Notes: generated by a model not told the origin, from the letters alone. DNA of 64,000 nt from Candidatus Kaiserbacteria bacterium RIFCSPHIGHO2_02_FULL_49_34 (GCA_001781205.1 MFLE01000025.1:87300-151299), one strand, 5' to 3'. Counted from the stretch's first letter, positions 46,944 to 57,507 are shown. A program made the numbers and translations.

Positions 46944-47480
46944 TTATAATTCCCAAGATTTTATGATTGTGTACTTCCCTGCTTCGTTTTTCCAGAGCGC
47001 GAGGGTATCGAAACGAATGTTCGTGAGCTGTGCGGGGAGGTCGACGGGTGGTACGAGGGATTCTGCGTACGTGCCACGCGGGAGGCGGGCAAGGGTAAGG
47101 TGCGGGATACTTGCGCGCGGGCTGCGGTGACGCGGGTCGTGTTCGGTGAGTTTCGCAAGGCGTCGCTCACAGTCACTCACCAACGTATCAAACCACGGCG
47201 AGCTCGCGTACTTCGCCCAGAGCATGTATGGTTTCGCGGGGCGCATAACGATAGTACGTCCATGTTCGATACTCAACGGTACCGTGTCGTCTGCGATACA
47301 TTCGGCAAGCGTAATAAGCTGTGGGAGATCTTCTTCGGCGACATGACCAAGGTAATGCGTGGTGAGGTGAAAGTCATCCACTGGTGTAGGAGTCCATGGT
47401 GCAGGGATGTTTGCAACCACGTTTGCGAGTGCGGTGCGCGTTTCTTCAGACGGCGCAAGTCCGATAAAATACGTTTCCAT
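46944..47480 (-). CDS. thpR: RNA 2',3'-cyclic phosphodiesterase (2H phosphoesterase, LigT/ThpR)
   Basis: Two H-x-T-x motifs (DFHLTTHYLG and IPHLTLARL) at the expected spacing. Confidence 0.75.
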   Translation of the reverse strand: METYFIGLAPSEETRTALANVVANIPAPWTPTPVDDFHLTTHYLGHVAEEDLPQLITLAECIADDTVPLSIEHGRTIVMRPAKPYMLWAKYASSPWFDTLVSDCERRLAKLTEHDPRHRSPRASIPHLTLARLPRGTYAESLVPPVDLPAQLTNIRFDTLALWKNEAGKYTIIKSWEL

Positions 47481-47487
47481 AGAGAAA

Positions 47488-48654
47488 CTATACCATAGTC
47501 TGCATGAGGTCTTGCCACTTATTCAATACATCAATACATTCGTCAACGTCATCACGCGTTGTGGTTTCGCTGAGGGTCATACGGAGAGTTGCTGTTGCGC
47601 GGGCTTCATCACGTGTCATGGCGCGAATAACATGCGAACCTGTTTTACCAAGCGCGCCACAAGCACTGCGCGTAGAGACCGCGACGCCATGGGTATCGAG
47701 ATACATCACTGCATACTCTGTATCCATGCCGGGAAGTGAAATATTCACATTATTTACAAGACGCTCTTCGCGTGAGCCGTTGAGGACTGCATTCGGAAAT
47801 GTTTGTATGAGGCGTTCAAGGAAATAGTCACGAACGACGCGAACCTGCTCAGCACGGACTTCTCGCCCCGCTACTGCGCGTGCGAATGCCGCAACACCAC
47901 CAACAATAAGTGGTGTGTTTTCGGTGCCTGCACGGAGTCCTGCTTCTTGTGTGCCGCCGTAGGTTTGTGCTTTAAGGGTGACATTGTGCTTATGTGCGAG
48001 TACACCGAGCCCTTTGGGTCCGTAGCACTTCCCTGCGTCGAGCGACATCATGTCGACGCCAAGCGCGTCCATGCCGAGCGGCAGCCAGAGCGGCGCTTGT
48101 GCGGCGTCGATATGGGTGAGAATCTCTACTTCGTGCGCACGAGCGAATTCCTGCACAACGCGCACCAGCGCACGCACATCCTGCACCACACCTGTTTCGC
48201 TGTTTGCGTAAGCAAAGGTCACGAGTACAGTATTTTTTGTGAGGGCATCCGCAAGTACCTTCTTTGCAGTGAGTCCTGATTCTTGCACGGGGAGATACGT
48301 GACTTTTACGCCACGCTGCTCGAGTTCTTTCATTGCTTCGAGCACCGACGGGTGCTCAACCTCGGTCGTGATTACCTCGGGTGCAGCAACACCGCTTGCG
48401 GCGATAGTGCCAAAAATCGCAAGGTTATTCGCTTCCGTGCCACCGCTTACAAACGTGATGCCTTCTGGACGAATCGTTAAAAGCCGCGCGAGCTGTGCAC
48501 GCGCATCATCAATTGCTTTTTTTGCGGCACGCCCTTCTGCATGCACCGCGCCTGCATTGCCAAACACCTCAGAAAAGTATGGAAGCATGACTTCCACAAC
48601 TTCTGGCGCGCACGGCGTCCCTGCCGCCATATCCAAATACACTCGCTTTTTCAT
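47488..48654 (-). CDS. Cysteine desulfurase (class V aminotransferase, IscS/NifS-like)
   Basis: PLP-lysine region (SLDAGKCYGPKGLG), N-terminal YLDMAAGTP, catalytic Cys near the C-terminus (STRSACGA). Confidence 0.8.
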   Translation of the reverse strand: MKKRVYLDMAAGTPCAPEVVEVMLPYFSEVFGNAGAVHAEGRAAKKAIDDARAQLARLLTIRPEGITFVSGGTEANNLAIFGTIAASGVAAPEVITTEVEHPSVLEAMKELEQRGVKVTYLPVQESGLTAKKVLADALTKNTVLVTFAYANSETGVVQDVRALVRVVQEFARAHEVEILTHIDAAQAPLWLPLGMDALGVDMMSLDAGKCYGPKGLGVLAHKHNVTLKAQTYGGTQEAGLRAGTENTPLIVGGVAAFARAVAGREVRAEQVRVVRDYFLERLIQTFPNAVLNGSREERLVNNVNISLPGMDTEYAVMYLDTHGVAVSTRSACGALGKTGSHVIRAMTRDEARATATLRMTLSETTTRDDVDECIDVLNKWQDLMQTMV

Positions 48655-48750
48655 AGTGGCACTATACCATAGTACCGATTTCTCGCACGTATTTTCTACA
48701 TAAAAAAACCCACGAGAAACATATGTTCCATGGGTTTTGTCCAGCTGTAA

Positions 48751-49122
48751 TCACAGTTGGAGATTGTTGATTGCGGACTGGATCTGCATGGCGAGTGGAC
48801 CAGGGGTGTTTTCGTTTACCCACTGATGCTGTGCCCCGGTGCGCGCATACTGCTGTGCCTTTTGAAATGCGAGCTTGCGCAGGATACCAGAAGTTGCATC
48901 ATGTACTGATTTCGAAACATCAAAATCAGTCAGATACTGTTCGGCCTTGTGTGCGGCGATGAAACTAAGTTCGCCCGAGCAGTGCTCGTACACCCACAGA
49001 CAGTGCCGCAGACCGTGAAGCGCGCCACGGATGGCTTCTTCGCGACCACCAGCATCGGCGATTTGTTCGAGCGCAACATATTCTCCTGCAAGAAACAGTT
49101 CAGGTATAGAAGCAGTGTTCAT
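48751..49122 (-). CDS. Hypothetical protein
   Basis: 123-aa ORF, no known motif. Confidence 0.4.
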   Translation of the reverse strand: MNTASIPELFLAGEYVALEQIADAGGREEAIRGALHGLRHCLWVYEHCSGELSFIAAHKAEQYLTDFDVSKSVHDATSGILRKLAFQKAQQYARTGAQHQWVNENTPGPLAMQIQSAINNLQL

Positions 49123-49223
49123 GTCGAATCCCTCACTCTAAGGTACTCTACTAAGGAACAACGTCTCGAAAATAGTACTGTATAGATAATATTTTGTCAA
49201 TAGTCAGATTGACGGAGAGAGTC

Positions 49224-52200
49224 TTACTGCACCAACATATCCGTTGGTGTATGTTCCTGCGCGGCATCACCAAGACCCAGGCGACCGTTGGCGTTGGTGC
49301 CAGTCGAGTACATGGTGCCGTCTTGCTTAATAGCAAAAGAGAAACTATTACCATGACCAATACTCACCCAATTATTTGCAGTACCGACCTGTGTAGGAGT
49401 AGTACGAAGAGCCGTGTCACCAAGTCCTAGTGCGCCAGTTGTGTTATTTCCCCATGCATAGAGCGTATTATTTGTTTTAAGCGCTAACATGTAAACATCA
49501 GTGACCGCGACCGTTCTCCAATTTGTTGCCGTGCCAACCTGTGTGGGAATAGTACGAGCGGTGGTATCGCCATGACCAAGTTTTGAAAACTCATTATCAC
49601 CCCAGGTATAGAGTGTGCCGTTTGTTTTTACCGCTGCCGTTGCAATACTACCAGCCGCAACACTCTCCCAATTCGTATCGATGCCAACCTGTGTTGGCGT
49701 CGTTCGACTCGTGGTGTCACCAAGCCCGAGCTGACTTGAGGTATTGAGCCCCCAGCACCACAGGGTGCCATTTGTTTTGATTGCGCATGCGTACGCGTTG
49801 CCAACCGCGAGTGACTGCCAGTCAGTAGCGGTACCTATTTGTGTGGGGGTAAGCGTGGTTCCCGATGTAATGCCAAGGCCAGTGCGTCCCGCATTGTTAC
49901 TTCCCCATCCATACAGTGTGCCGTCCGTGCGTAGCCCGACAGCAAACGAAGCGCCTCCTCGAACGTCCTTCCAGTTCGTGTCAGTTCCTACCTGTACGGG
50001 ATTGAGCCGCTCGTTTGTGTCACCAAGACCAAGCTGCCCCGCTACGTTTCCTCCCCAGCTCCAGAGTGTGCCATTTGTTTTGATTGCGTATCCTGACAAA
50101 TTTCCTGCATTCGTGTAGTTCCAATCAGTATCGGTGCCAACCTGTGTTGGTGAAAAGTACTGATTTTCATCGCCAAGACCAAGCCGTCCATCTTCACCAA
50201 GCCCCCAGCTCCAGAGGGTGCCATCGTTTTTAACAGCAGACGCATGCGCCACATTTGATTTTGCTGAAACTTGTTTCCAGTTATTAACTGTAAACTTAGT
50301 GAATGCATTACGGGATTGATTCGTACCGATACCAAGCTGACCTACATCATTTGATCCCCATGCATAATAGGTGCCGTCTGTCGTTCTTCCATACGCAGAA
50401 CCATTCCCGGGGGCAATATGACTCCATGTTTTTGTGCCAACTTGTGTAAATGTCAATCTATCAGCACCATAGTCGCCGAGGCCAAGTTGTCCAAAGGCGT
50501 TGCGTCCCGTAGCATACAGAAAGCCACTTGTATCAAGTGCGTGCATATGCACACTACTTGCCTCAACGGTACTCCATTGACCAGATACAAGTGTGGGTGT
50601 TGCGCGCTGCGTGGTATCACCGAGTGCAAGCTCACCAAAAGTATTGTTTCCCCACGTGTACAATGTTGTGCTTGCGAGCGCTACAGAGAAACCGGTACCT
50701 ACCCTAATGTGTGTCCAGTTATTTGCAGAACCTACCTGTGTTGGTGAAAGTGTATTGCCACTCGTGAGGCCGATGCCCGTACGTCCGTTTACGTTACTTC
50801 CCCACGCATAGAGCGTACCGTCGGTTTTGATGGCGAGTGTATGCACCGATGATGACCGAACAGTGCTCCAGTCATTTGCACTGCCAACACGAGTGAAGGT
50901 AGTGCGTTGTGTCGTGTCACCAAAGCCAAGTTGTCCTGAGGAATTAAGCCCTGTTGCCCAGAGCGAGCCGTCGGTTTTGATGGCGAGTGTATGTGTTCCT
51001 CCTGCACCGACATATTCCCAATCAGTATCAGTGCCGACACGCGTTGGGACAAGACGGTCGTTCGTGTCGCCAAGGCCGAGCTGACCATTAAAGTTGTATC
51101 CCCAGGCGTAGAGTTCACCGTTTGTTTTTATCGCAAGTGCGTGATTTCCATTTGCCGAAACTTGTTTCCAATCGGTAGCAGTGCCGATTTGAGTAGGGAT
51201 TGAGCGATGCACTTGATCACCGAGGCCGAGCTGTCCAAATGCGTTGTTACCCCACATCCAGAGTGTCCCCTCCGCAATAGCAGCACCAGAAAGTGTTCTG
51301 CTCTCACTATTAAACACCACATTCTCCCCCGACCACACGCTGGCGCCGAGAGCGATGACACGAATGGTATTGGTGCCCGCACAAATACCCTTCACGCCCG
51401 TGTCGGGAATGCCGATGTTCCAGTAGAGGGTTTTGTAGAGTTCAGCGGCGTCGTTGTCGCGGTAGAAGATATCGAAGCCGACACGAGTATCAGTCGTGCT
51501 TAGTGGCGTGTTCGCGATGGATCCGTAGTCAACGTCGGCGTTTGCCCAGCGCTGGTTTTGTACAGGAATGAAGCCGGTGACAGAACAGCTCATGTCATTG
51601 CCAGACACTTCGATATCGGCACGAGAATTGCCGCGTTGCTGTATGGGTGTCTCGACGTTGTTCTCGATGGTTGACTTTTCACCGAGGTCACGCGTGCCGT
51701 AGTTGATATCGTCGGGAATATTGACGGCAAGGAGAGAGTTCATGGTGATGGTGGCGTCGAGGTTGTGACTCTCGGCTGCTTGATCACTCGTAGCTACTTT
51801 TGCAACCCAGTGTTGCAGGGGAAAACGCCCGCCGGTGTCGGTTGCGTCTACCCAAAAGGCAATGTCGAGCGGGCAGTTGTATTGTATTTCCGTGTCTGAG
51901 ATGGTTGAGGTGGCGAGATCGCAGGAGAGGAGGTGGTAGCAGTTGTTTTTGTCGGCAGTACAGGTATTGTCAAGGGCTGAGCGATAGAAGGCAACGCTGG
52001 TGGTAGCGATGTCCTGTGCGCCGTTGGCGTCGGCAACTATGCCAGTGATGTGAAGCTTGCTGTCTGTGCCGAGCAGTGGGGTAAAGCCAATGGGGTTATA
52101 GACGCCAGTGCCAAATGCTTCGCTCGCGAAGTTGATGGTGTCGACCGTTGGGGGTTCGTTGACAATTTCTGCAGTGGTCGTCACGTCTGCGGCGCCGGTG

Positions 52201-52277
52201 TAGCGGAGAACGATACCGACAATGAGCAGGAATGCGACAGCAATGAGTGTGCCGATGATTTTTATTTGTTGTGTCAT
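49224..52277 (-). CDS. Large secreted RCC1-repeat (beta-propeller) protein with N-terminal signal anchor
   Basis: More than 15 tandem ~50-aa repeats of the form WxWGxNxxGQLGLGDTxxRxxPTQVG (RCC1/ATS1 signature) after a roughly 330-aa N-terminal region. Confidence 0.75.
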   Translation of the reverse strand: MTQQIKIIGTLIAVAFLLIVGIVLRYTGAADVTTTAEIVNEPPTVDTINFASEAFGTGVYNPIGFTPLLGTDSKLHITGIVADANGAQDIATTSVAFYRSALDNTCTADKNNCYHLLSCDLATSTISDTEIQYNCPLDIAFWVDATDTGGRFPLQHWVAKVATSDQAAESHNLDATITMNSLLAVNIPDDINYGTRDLGEKSTIENNVETPIQQRGNSRADIEVSGNDMSCSVTGFIPVQNQRWANADVDYGSIANTPLSTTDTRVGFDIFYRDNDAAELYKTLYWNIGIPDTGVKGICAGTNTIRVIALGASVWSGENVVFNSESRTLSGAAIAEGTLWMWGNNAFGQLGLGDQVHRSIPTQIGTATDWKQVSANGNHALAIKTNGELYAWGYNFNGQLGLGDTNDRLVPTRVGTDTDWEYVGAGGTHTLAIKTDGSLWATGLNSSGQLGFGDTTQRTTFTRVGSANDWSTVRSSSVHTLAIKTDGTLYAWGSNVNGRTGIGLTSGNTLSPTQVGSANNWTHIRVGTGFSVALASTTLYTWGNNTFGELALGDTTQRATPTLVSGQWSTVEASSVHMHALDTSGFLYATGRNAFGQLGLGDYGADRLTFTQVGTKTWSHIAPGNGSAYGRTTDGTYYAWGSNDVGQLGIGTNQSRNAFTKFTVNNWKQVSAKSNVAHASAVKNDGTLWSWGLGEDGRLGLGDENQYFSPTQVGTDTDWNYTNAGNLSGYAIKTNGTLWSWGGNVAGQLGLGDTNERLNPVQVGTDTNWKDVRGGASFAVGLRTDGTLYGWGSNNAGRTGLGITSGTTLTPTQIGTATDWQSLAVGNAYACAIKTNGTLWCWGLNTSSQLGLGDTTSRTTPTQVGIDTNWESVAAGSIATAAVKTNGTLYTWGDNEFSKLGHGDTTARTIPTQVGTATNWRTVAVTDVYMLALKTNNTLYAWGNNTTGALGLGDTALRTTPTQVGTANNWVSIGHGNSFSFAIKQDGTMYSTGTNANGRLGLGDAAQEHTPTDMLVQ

Positions 52278-52347
52278 AGGGGTAGTATACCGCTCTTTGC
52301 AAAAAAATATAAATAAAAAAACTCCATGTGGAGTTTTTTGTTCGCTA

Positions 52348-53451
52348 TTAAATTAATTTTACGATGTCACTTATCGTAACGACTGCCATGAGTCCGAGAA
52401 GGAAGAGGAATCCTGCTGCATTGGCGTACATAACGAGTTTTACGGGAAGTGCCTTGCGACGAATTGCTTCAAGAGCAACGAACAGGAGTCGTCCACCGTC
52501 GAGTGCTGGGAATGGCAAGAGGTTGATAACAACGAGGTTAAGGGAGATGAATGCGGTGAGCTGCATTAATGCTACAAAGCCGTTTTGTGCGGCACTGCCC
52601 ACCATCGAGACAAGACCAATCGGTCCTGAGACCTCATCAAGATTCGCCTTTCCGACGAACACTCGCCCAAAGAAGCCGAAGAGGCCTTCCGTTACTGCAA
52701 CAAGCTGCGTGCCTGTTGTCGTGAATCCATGCCAGATTGCTTCATGGACGGGATACGAAACTGTTTCAACTAGTGCAACCGAAAGCCCTACAACAGGACG
52801 GTCAGGCTCATCGGCAATAATACCTGTTTGCGGTACGACAGTGACTGATGTTTCTTCGTCACCGTTTTTATAGGTGACCGTGATAGCGTCTGTCGAAGCG
52901 CCCGTAAACTCACGGAATGCACTTGGCACGAGTTCAGGAGCCGCACCATCTGCGCGTGTAACTGCGACGATTTCCGCGCCCATTGGAATCTTTGCGTCAC
53001 TGGCTGCAGAGCCCGGCGCAACGGACATCACTGTGAGTCGCGAAGCTGCTGATGCTTCTCCTTCAAGCACGACGGTATTCGCGCCAACCATAAAGATAAT
53101 TGAGAACAATATCCACGCGACAAGCGCGTTCATGGTTACACCGGCCACAAGCACGAGTGCCTGCGCCCAGCGTGGCTGTGCAATGAATGAATGTTTAAAA
53201 TCAGGGTCTTTTGCACGTTCTTCGTCACTTTTGAGGAGTGAGTCTTCGCCGTAGATTTTCACAAAGCCGCCGAGCGGAAGTGCGTTGAACGTGTATTCGG
53301 TTTCGCCGAACTTTTTCCCCCAAAGTTTTGGTGGAAATCCAAAGCCGAATTCATCGACGCGCATGCCGGTCTTTTTTGCAATGATGAAGTGCCCCCATTC
53401 GTGTGCGATGACAAGTACGAGGAGTACTGCAAAGAAAATAAGAATAGCCAT
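52348..53451 (-). CDS. rseP: RIP metalloprotease RseP (site-2 protease family)
   Basis: HEWGHF zinc motif in TM1, PDZ domain, C-terminal LDGG motif. Confidence 0.85.
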   Translation of the reverse strand: MAILIFFAVLLVLVIAHEWGHFIIAKKTGMRVDEFGFGFPPKLWGKKFGETEYTFNALPLGGFVKIYGEDSLLKSDEERAKDPDFKHSFIAQPRWAQALVLVAGVTMNALVAWILFSIIFMVGANTVVLEGEASAASRLTVMSVAPGSAASDAKIPMGAEIVAVTRADGAAPELVPSAFREFTGASTDAITVTYKNGDEETSVTVVPQTGIIADEPDRPVVGLSVALVETVSYPVHEAIWHGFTTTGTQLVAVTEGLFGFFGRVFVGKANLDEVSGPIGLVSMVGSAAQNGFVALMQLTAFISLNLVVINLLPFPALDGGRLLFVALEAIRRKALPVKLVMYANAAGFLFLLGLMAVVTISDIVKLI

Positions 53452-53454
53452 AAA

Positions 53455-54000
53455 TTAAATGCTCATTTCTTTTTCCTTGAGCTCAAAGAGGCTGGCAAGT
53501 TTTGCATTGCTATCGTCGACTTTCTTCTGAAGCACTTCTTTGGCACGACGTTGATCATCTTCGCCTGGAAGTTCGGGGATGATTTTCTTGTTCTCATCGT
53601 CGCGAAGTCCGCGGATTGAGATACGCGCTTCTTCAAGCTTGCTCTTGGCGAGCTTCAAAAGCTGCTCGCGACGCTCCGACGAAAGTTCAGGGAAACTCAC
53701 ACGCATACCGTTGCCGTCTACCACCACAGAAACACCGAGGTCTGCTTCAATGAGTGCTTTCTCGACTGCCTTCACGAGCGACGCATCCCACACGGAAACG
53801 CGCAGTGTGCGTGCTTCTTCAGCCGTCACAGACGCGACCTGATTCATAGCCGACTGCGCACCATACGCACTCACCCGTACACCATCAAGAAGCTGCGGCG
53901 TTGCGCGCCCAGCACGGATACTTGTGTATTCTGTTTGGAGCCATTCAAAAATATCTTTTGCCTTGGCGTCAAAGGCTGAAAAATCATATTGCATATGCAC
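53455..54000 (-). CDS. frr: Ribosome recycling factor
   Basis: Full-length collinear similarity to RRF (TGRATPQLLDGVRV...SVTAEEARTL...). Confidence 0.85.
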   Translation of the reverse strand: MHMQYDFSAFDAKAKDIFEWLQTEYTSIRAGRATPQLLDGVRVSAYGAQSAMNQVASVTAEEARTLRVSVWDASLVKAVEKALIEADLGVSVVVDGNGMRVSFPELSSERREQLLKLAKSKLEEARISIRGLRDDENKKIIPELPGEDDQRRAKEVLQKKVDDSNAKLASLFELKEKEMSI

Positions 54001-54087
54001 ACACTATACGCCATCACCTCGAAAAACGCAAAAGAAAAGCCGCCAATATCTGGCGGCTGCTTGTGCTTTTAGAGTTTTGCTCAGAAC

Positions 54088-54594
54088 TTAGTGTGTTGCG
54101 TACTGCAAGGTTTCCTTCTGCGTTGCCCGGTCTGCGACAGCCTTGAGGGTTACGTCAAGTGTCTGCACAAATGCCGGCAGGTCTTCATAGACACAGCCTT
54201 GTTTGGTGTGAAGATGAGTTTCGAAGCTATGCCCGAGACGATTCACTGCGTCATCAGCAACTGCAACAGGCGTCATACCATAGTTGAGTGCTGCAATGCG
54301 ATACAACTTATGCGGACTGACATACAACATGTACCGAGCGATTGCATCATGCTTCTTTTGGAGGTGATACCACAGCGCACTGGTCGCATGCTTGACACGA
54401 TGTACGTCGCACACACGCTCCGCGATATCCGCGGGGATGCGCATGCATTCGAGCCCCGTACCCGTAAGGTACAGCGGGATTGCTGCTTTGACACACATAT
54501 CTATGAGTGCCAGAAAGCATGGCTCGACGACATCGTGACTGTCAGTCGCAAACATAAGGCCAGCATCAACAAAGATTACTTGGGGTAATTTCAT
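54088..54594 (-). CDS. Hypothetical protein co-oriented with the tandem ATP-grasp genes
   Basis: 168-173 aa, no recognised family; start likely MKLPQVIFVD. Confidence 0.4.
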   Translation of the reverse strand: MKLPQVIFVDAGLMFATDSHDVVEPCFLALIDMCVKAAIPLYLTGTGLECMRIPADIAERVCDVHRVKHATSALWYHLQKKHDAIARYMLYVSPHKLYRIAALNYGMTPVAVADDAVNRLGHSFETHLHTKQGCVYEDLPAFVQTLDVTLKAVADRATQKETLQYATH

Positions 54595-54682
54595 GCAAAC
54601 TCCTTGCAAATAAGAACGGAAAGAACAAAAATATGCGCTAAAGAACGCACGTTTTTATACCATACTTTTTGAATATATGCAA

Positions 54683-55549
54683 CTATTCCAAGGGATTTTT
54701 ATGCGTCTCGTAGTAATCGACGAGTGCCTTTTCTGGGTTGATACTCAGGAGTTCTTGAATATTCTTGGTGCCAGGATTGCGATTAATTTCGATAAAGTAC
54801 AACTCTCCGTTTTGTGATGACTGCACAATATCCACACCCGCAATGTCGTAATGAAGGAGTGTTGCTGCTTTTTCAGCAAAGGCATAGAGTCGCTTCAAAA
54901 GTTCTGGGTCATGTATCGCTTCCATACTGCCGCCTTGCGCAAGATTGGCACGAAAATCATCTGCCCGAGGAACACGTCTGTTTGCATAGATTGCCGTACC
55001 ACCAATAACATGTACGCGGAAATCACCATCGTATGCTATAAATTCTTGATATATCATCGCATCGCAGTGTCGAAGCTCCTGCTGCAGGGCCTGCAATTCC
55101 GCAGACGAATGAACAAGGAAGACCCCCTCCCCATGCGCACCTGATGATTTTTTGAGCACGAATGTTTCGCCCAATATACTGGAAATTGTTTCGTAGGTAT
55201 CATCGTGCGATGCGGTCAGTGTTTGTGGTGTGCGGAGTTTGCCTTTGAGGAACACTGCTTGCATTGCCTTGTCGTTTGCAGTTCGCAAGCATAGCTCATC
55301 CATGTTCACGAGGGCTGTTTTACCCTGTAGCTTTTCTTTGAGGAGCCAGGAAATTGCGGGGTTCGCAGATGCATAGTAATGCACCACATCATATGATGCG
55401 AGCTTCTTCATATCAACCGAATCCTCAAGCGACGTCATATCAAGCGCCCTCAAGGCAATCATATCAATCTGTATGCCATGCGTCGCGGCAAGCGTAATCT
55501 GTTCCTCTATTTGCGGTGTACGATTATACTTCAAGAGTGCAACCCGCAT
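54683..55549 (-). CDS. RimK-like ATP-grasp ligase
   Basis: ATP-grasp core (VLKKSSGAHGEGVFLV...YQEFI...DFRVHVIGG...GVDIVQSSQNGELYFIEINRNPG). Confidence 0.7.
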   Translation of the reverse strand: MRVALLKYNRTPQIEEQITLAATHGIQIDMIALRALDMTSLEDSVDMKKLASYDVVHYYASANPAISWLLKEKLQGKTALVNMDELCLRTANDKAMQAVFLKGKLRTPQTLTASHDDTYETISSILGETFVLKKSSGAHGEGVFLVHSSAELQALQQELRHCDAMIYQEFIAYDGDFRVHVIGGTAIYANRRVPRADDFRANLAQGGSMEAIHDPELLKRLYAFAEKAATLLHYDIAGVDIVQSSQNGELYFIEINRNPGTKNIQELLSINPEKALVDYYETHKNPLE

Positions 55550-56862
55550 TACGCGCGTGTTACTTCTACTTGCAAATATTCTTCAACACGACGAATATCA
55601 GCGAGGAGTTGCGACCGGTCACCGTGTGCAAGGAAAATATGGAAAATTGCCTTTCCGCCATTTTTTGCAAAGATTGCCTTGTCGCCACGCTTTTTGATTT
55701 GCGTAAGGTGATTAAATGATTCCAGTGCTTCTATTTTTTTGACGCCCTTTATGCTTGCAATAGTCCCTTCTGTTGCTGCGTACCACTTCATTGCTGCGGC
55801 AAATTTGCCACACTTTTTAGGGATGATAGGTTTCTTTCCCATGCGAATAAGCGCATCGTTCATGCTGTGATTGATACCACAGGTGGTCATGTGGAGATCA
55901 TGGCGGAAACCGCCGATACGTGCACCGATTTCAATAATCTTCCAATCATTGTCCACACGCATGAGTTCAACATGCGCGGTCGTACTACGAAGTCCGAGTG
56001 CATGAATACCCTTCGTTGAAACAGTTTCCGCCATAGCAATCGACTCTTTCGAGAGAATAGTTGGGGTCATTTGGAGGTAGCCGTAGAAATCATCACGACC
56101 AATGTCCTTCCCTGTTTTAATACGAACAATCGGGCAGAAATCTACCTTGCCGCGCGCAGAAACATAGGCATCAACGGAATACATAATGCCGTCCATGTAT
56201 TCTTCGGCAATGACCCGAGGAGCTTCGGTTCGCCCGTTTTCTTTGTATGTTTTTTCAATAAGTGAAAACGTGTCCTTGAGGACCTTCTTCATTTCCGCTT
56301 CGTGATGCACCACACTCACAAGCAAGCTTTGCGCGAGATTTGTTGGCTTTACAATCATTGGATAGCCAATCATTTTTGCCACACGGTCGATTTCCTCGGG
56401 AGTTTGATTTTTAATCTGGGTAAACTTCGGAGTGATTTTTGGATCCCACATTTTGAAGTGACGACGCATGGTGAGTTTATCGCTCGCCCATGCAATTGAT
56501 TCGTCCGTCGGGGTGCTTACATACGGAATATGAGGGATGAGTTTTGCAAAATCCGCAATATACGACTCAGCACGACATGACACCGCACACAATTCGTCTG
56601 CGTAGGGCATAAGCGCCTCATGCAGCGCAAAAGGTTTGGTAAAGTCTACACGAAGTACAATATCAAGATCTTCAACACCTGCCCCTGACTGCTTTGCGGT
56701 CAGATTGCGATCAGTGTTTTCAATCAACATAACACGGTATTCTTCTCCTGTTTCGCGCGTGTGCTGCCGCACTGTCTCAATGACTCCCTCAGGAAGTTTT
56801 GAAACATACGCAATGATGTTTTTTGTCGCCATAGGTGTACACAATACCCGCATACAGCACAT
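55549..56862 (-). CDS. ATP-grasp domain carboxylate-amine ligase (L-amino-acid-ligase-like)
   Basis: ATP-grasp motifs (YPMIVKPTNLAQS...AEEYMDG...HVELMRVDNDWKIIEIGARIGG) in a 437-aa protein; start codon shares a base with the downstream stop. Confidence 0.65.
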   Translation of the reverse strand: MCCMRVLCTPMATKNIIAYVSKLPEGVIETVRQHTRETGEEYRVMLIENTDRNLTAKQSGAGVEDLDIVLRVDFTKPFALHEALMPYADELCAVSCRAESYIADFAKLIPHIPYVSTPTDESIAWASDKLTMRRHFKMWDPKITPKFTQIKNQTPEEIDRVAKMIGYPMIVKPTNLAQSLLVSVVHHEAEMKKVLKDTFSLIEKTYKENGRTEAPRVIAEEYMDGIMYSVDAYVSARGKVDFCPIVRIKTGKDIGRDDFYGYLQMTPTILSKESIAMAETVSTKGIHALGLRSTTAHVELMRVDNDWKIIEIGARIGGFRHDLHMTTCGINHSMNDALIRMGKKPIIPKKCGKFAAAMKWYAATEGTIASIKGVKKIEALESFNHLTQIKKRGDKAIFAKNGGKAIFHIFLAHGDRSQLLADIRRVEEYLQVEVTRA

Positions 56863-56931
56863 TCTGTCAAGACATTGACGGCACGTCCATGACCTGATAG
56901 AGTTCGCGGATATAATATAATTTTCAATACT

Positions 56932-57507
56932 ATGGGAATGCTTGCATGTAATCAGGTGGTGCCGAAGAAGGTGATTGTCTTCGAAGATGAGCCGTACGTA
57001 GTGCTTGGCTCACACGCGTTTAGTAAACAACAGCGCAAGGCGGTAAACGTCGTCAAAATGCGCAACCTGAAAACCGGGCGTTTTGCTGAGGTTACCTTCC
57101 ACCAGCAGGACACTATCGAGGAAGCGGAAATTGAGAATACAAGCGTACTCTATTTATATGAAAACCGTGGCGTGTATGTATTCTGCGATCCGAAGAATCG
57201 CGCTGAACGATTTGAGCTCTCGCCCGACGTTGTTGGCGACGCGATTAAATTTGTCCCCGTCAATACCGAGCTCCAAGCAATGGTCTATGAGGAAGAAATC
57301 ATCGGCATCACGATTCCTATTAAAATGACCCTCAAGGTAAAGGAGTCAGCCCCTGCGGTAAAGGGTAATACCTCGTCTGGCGCTACCAAAGAAGCAATCC
57401 TCGAAACGGGCGCAAAGGTGCAAGTTCCCCTCTTCATTAATGAGGGCGACCTCGTTGCCATCAATACCGAAGAAGGCAACTACTCGGAACGCGTAGAAAA
57501 GGCGTAA
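56932..57507 (+). CDS. efp: Elongation factor P
   Basis: Three-domain EF-P collinear with E. coli Efp (…SGATKEAILETGAKVQVPLFINEGDLVAINTEEGNYSERV). Confidence 0.85.
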   Translation: MGMLACNQVVPKKVIVFEDEPYVVLGSHAFSKQQRKAVNVVKMRNLKTGRFAEVTFHQQDTIEEAEIENTSVLYLYENRGVYVFCDPKNRAERFELSPDVVGDAIKFVPVNTELQAMVYEEEIIGITIPIKMTLKVKESAPAVKGNTSSGATKEAILETGAKVQVPLFINEGDLVAINTEEGNYSERVEKA

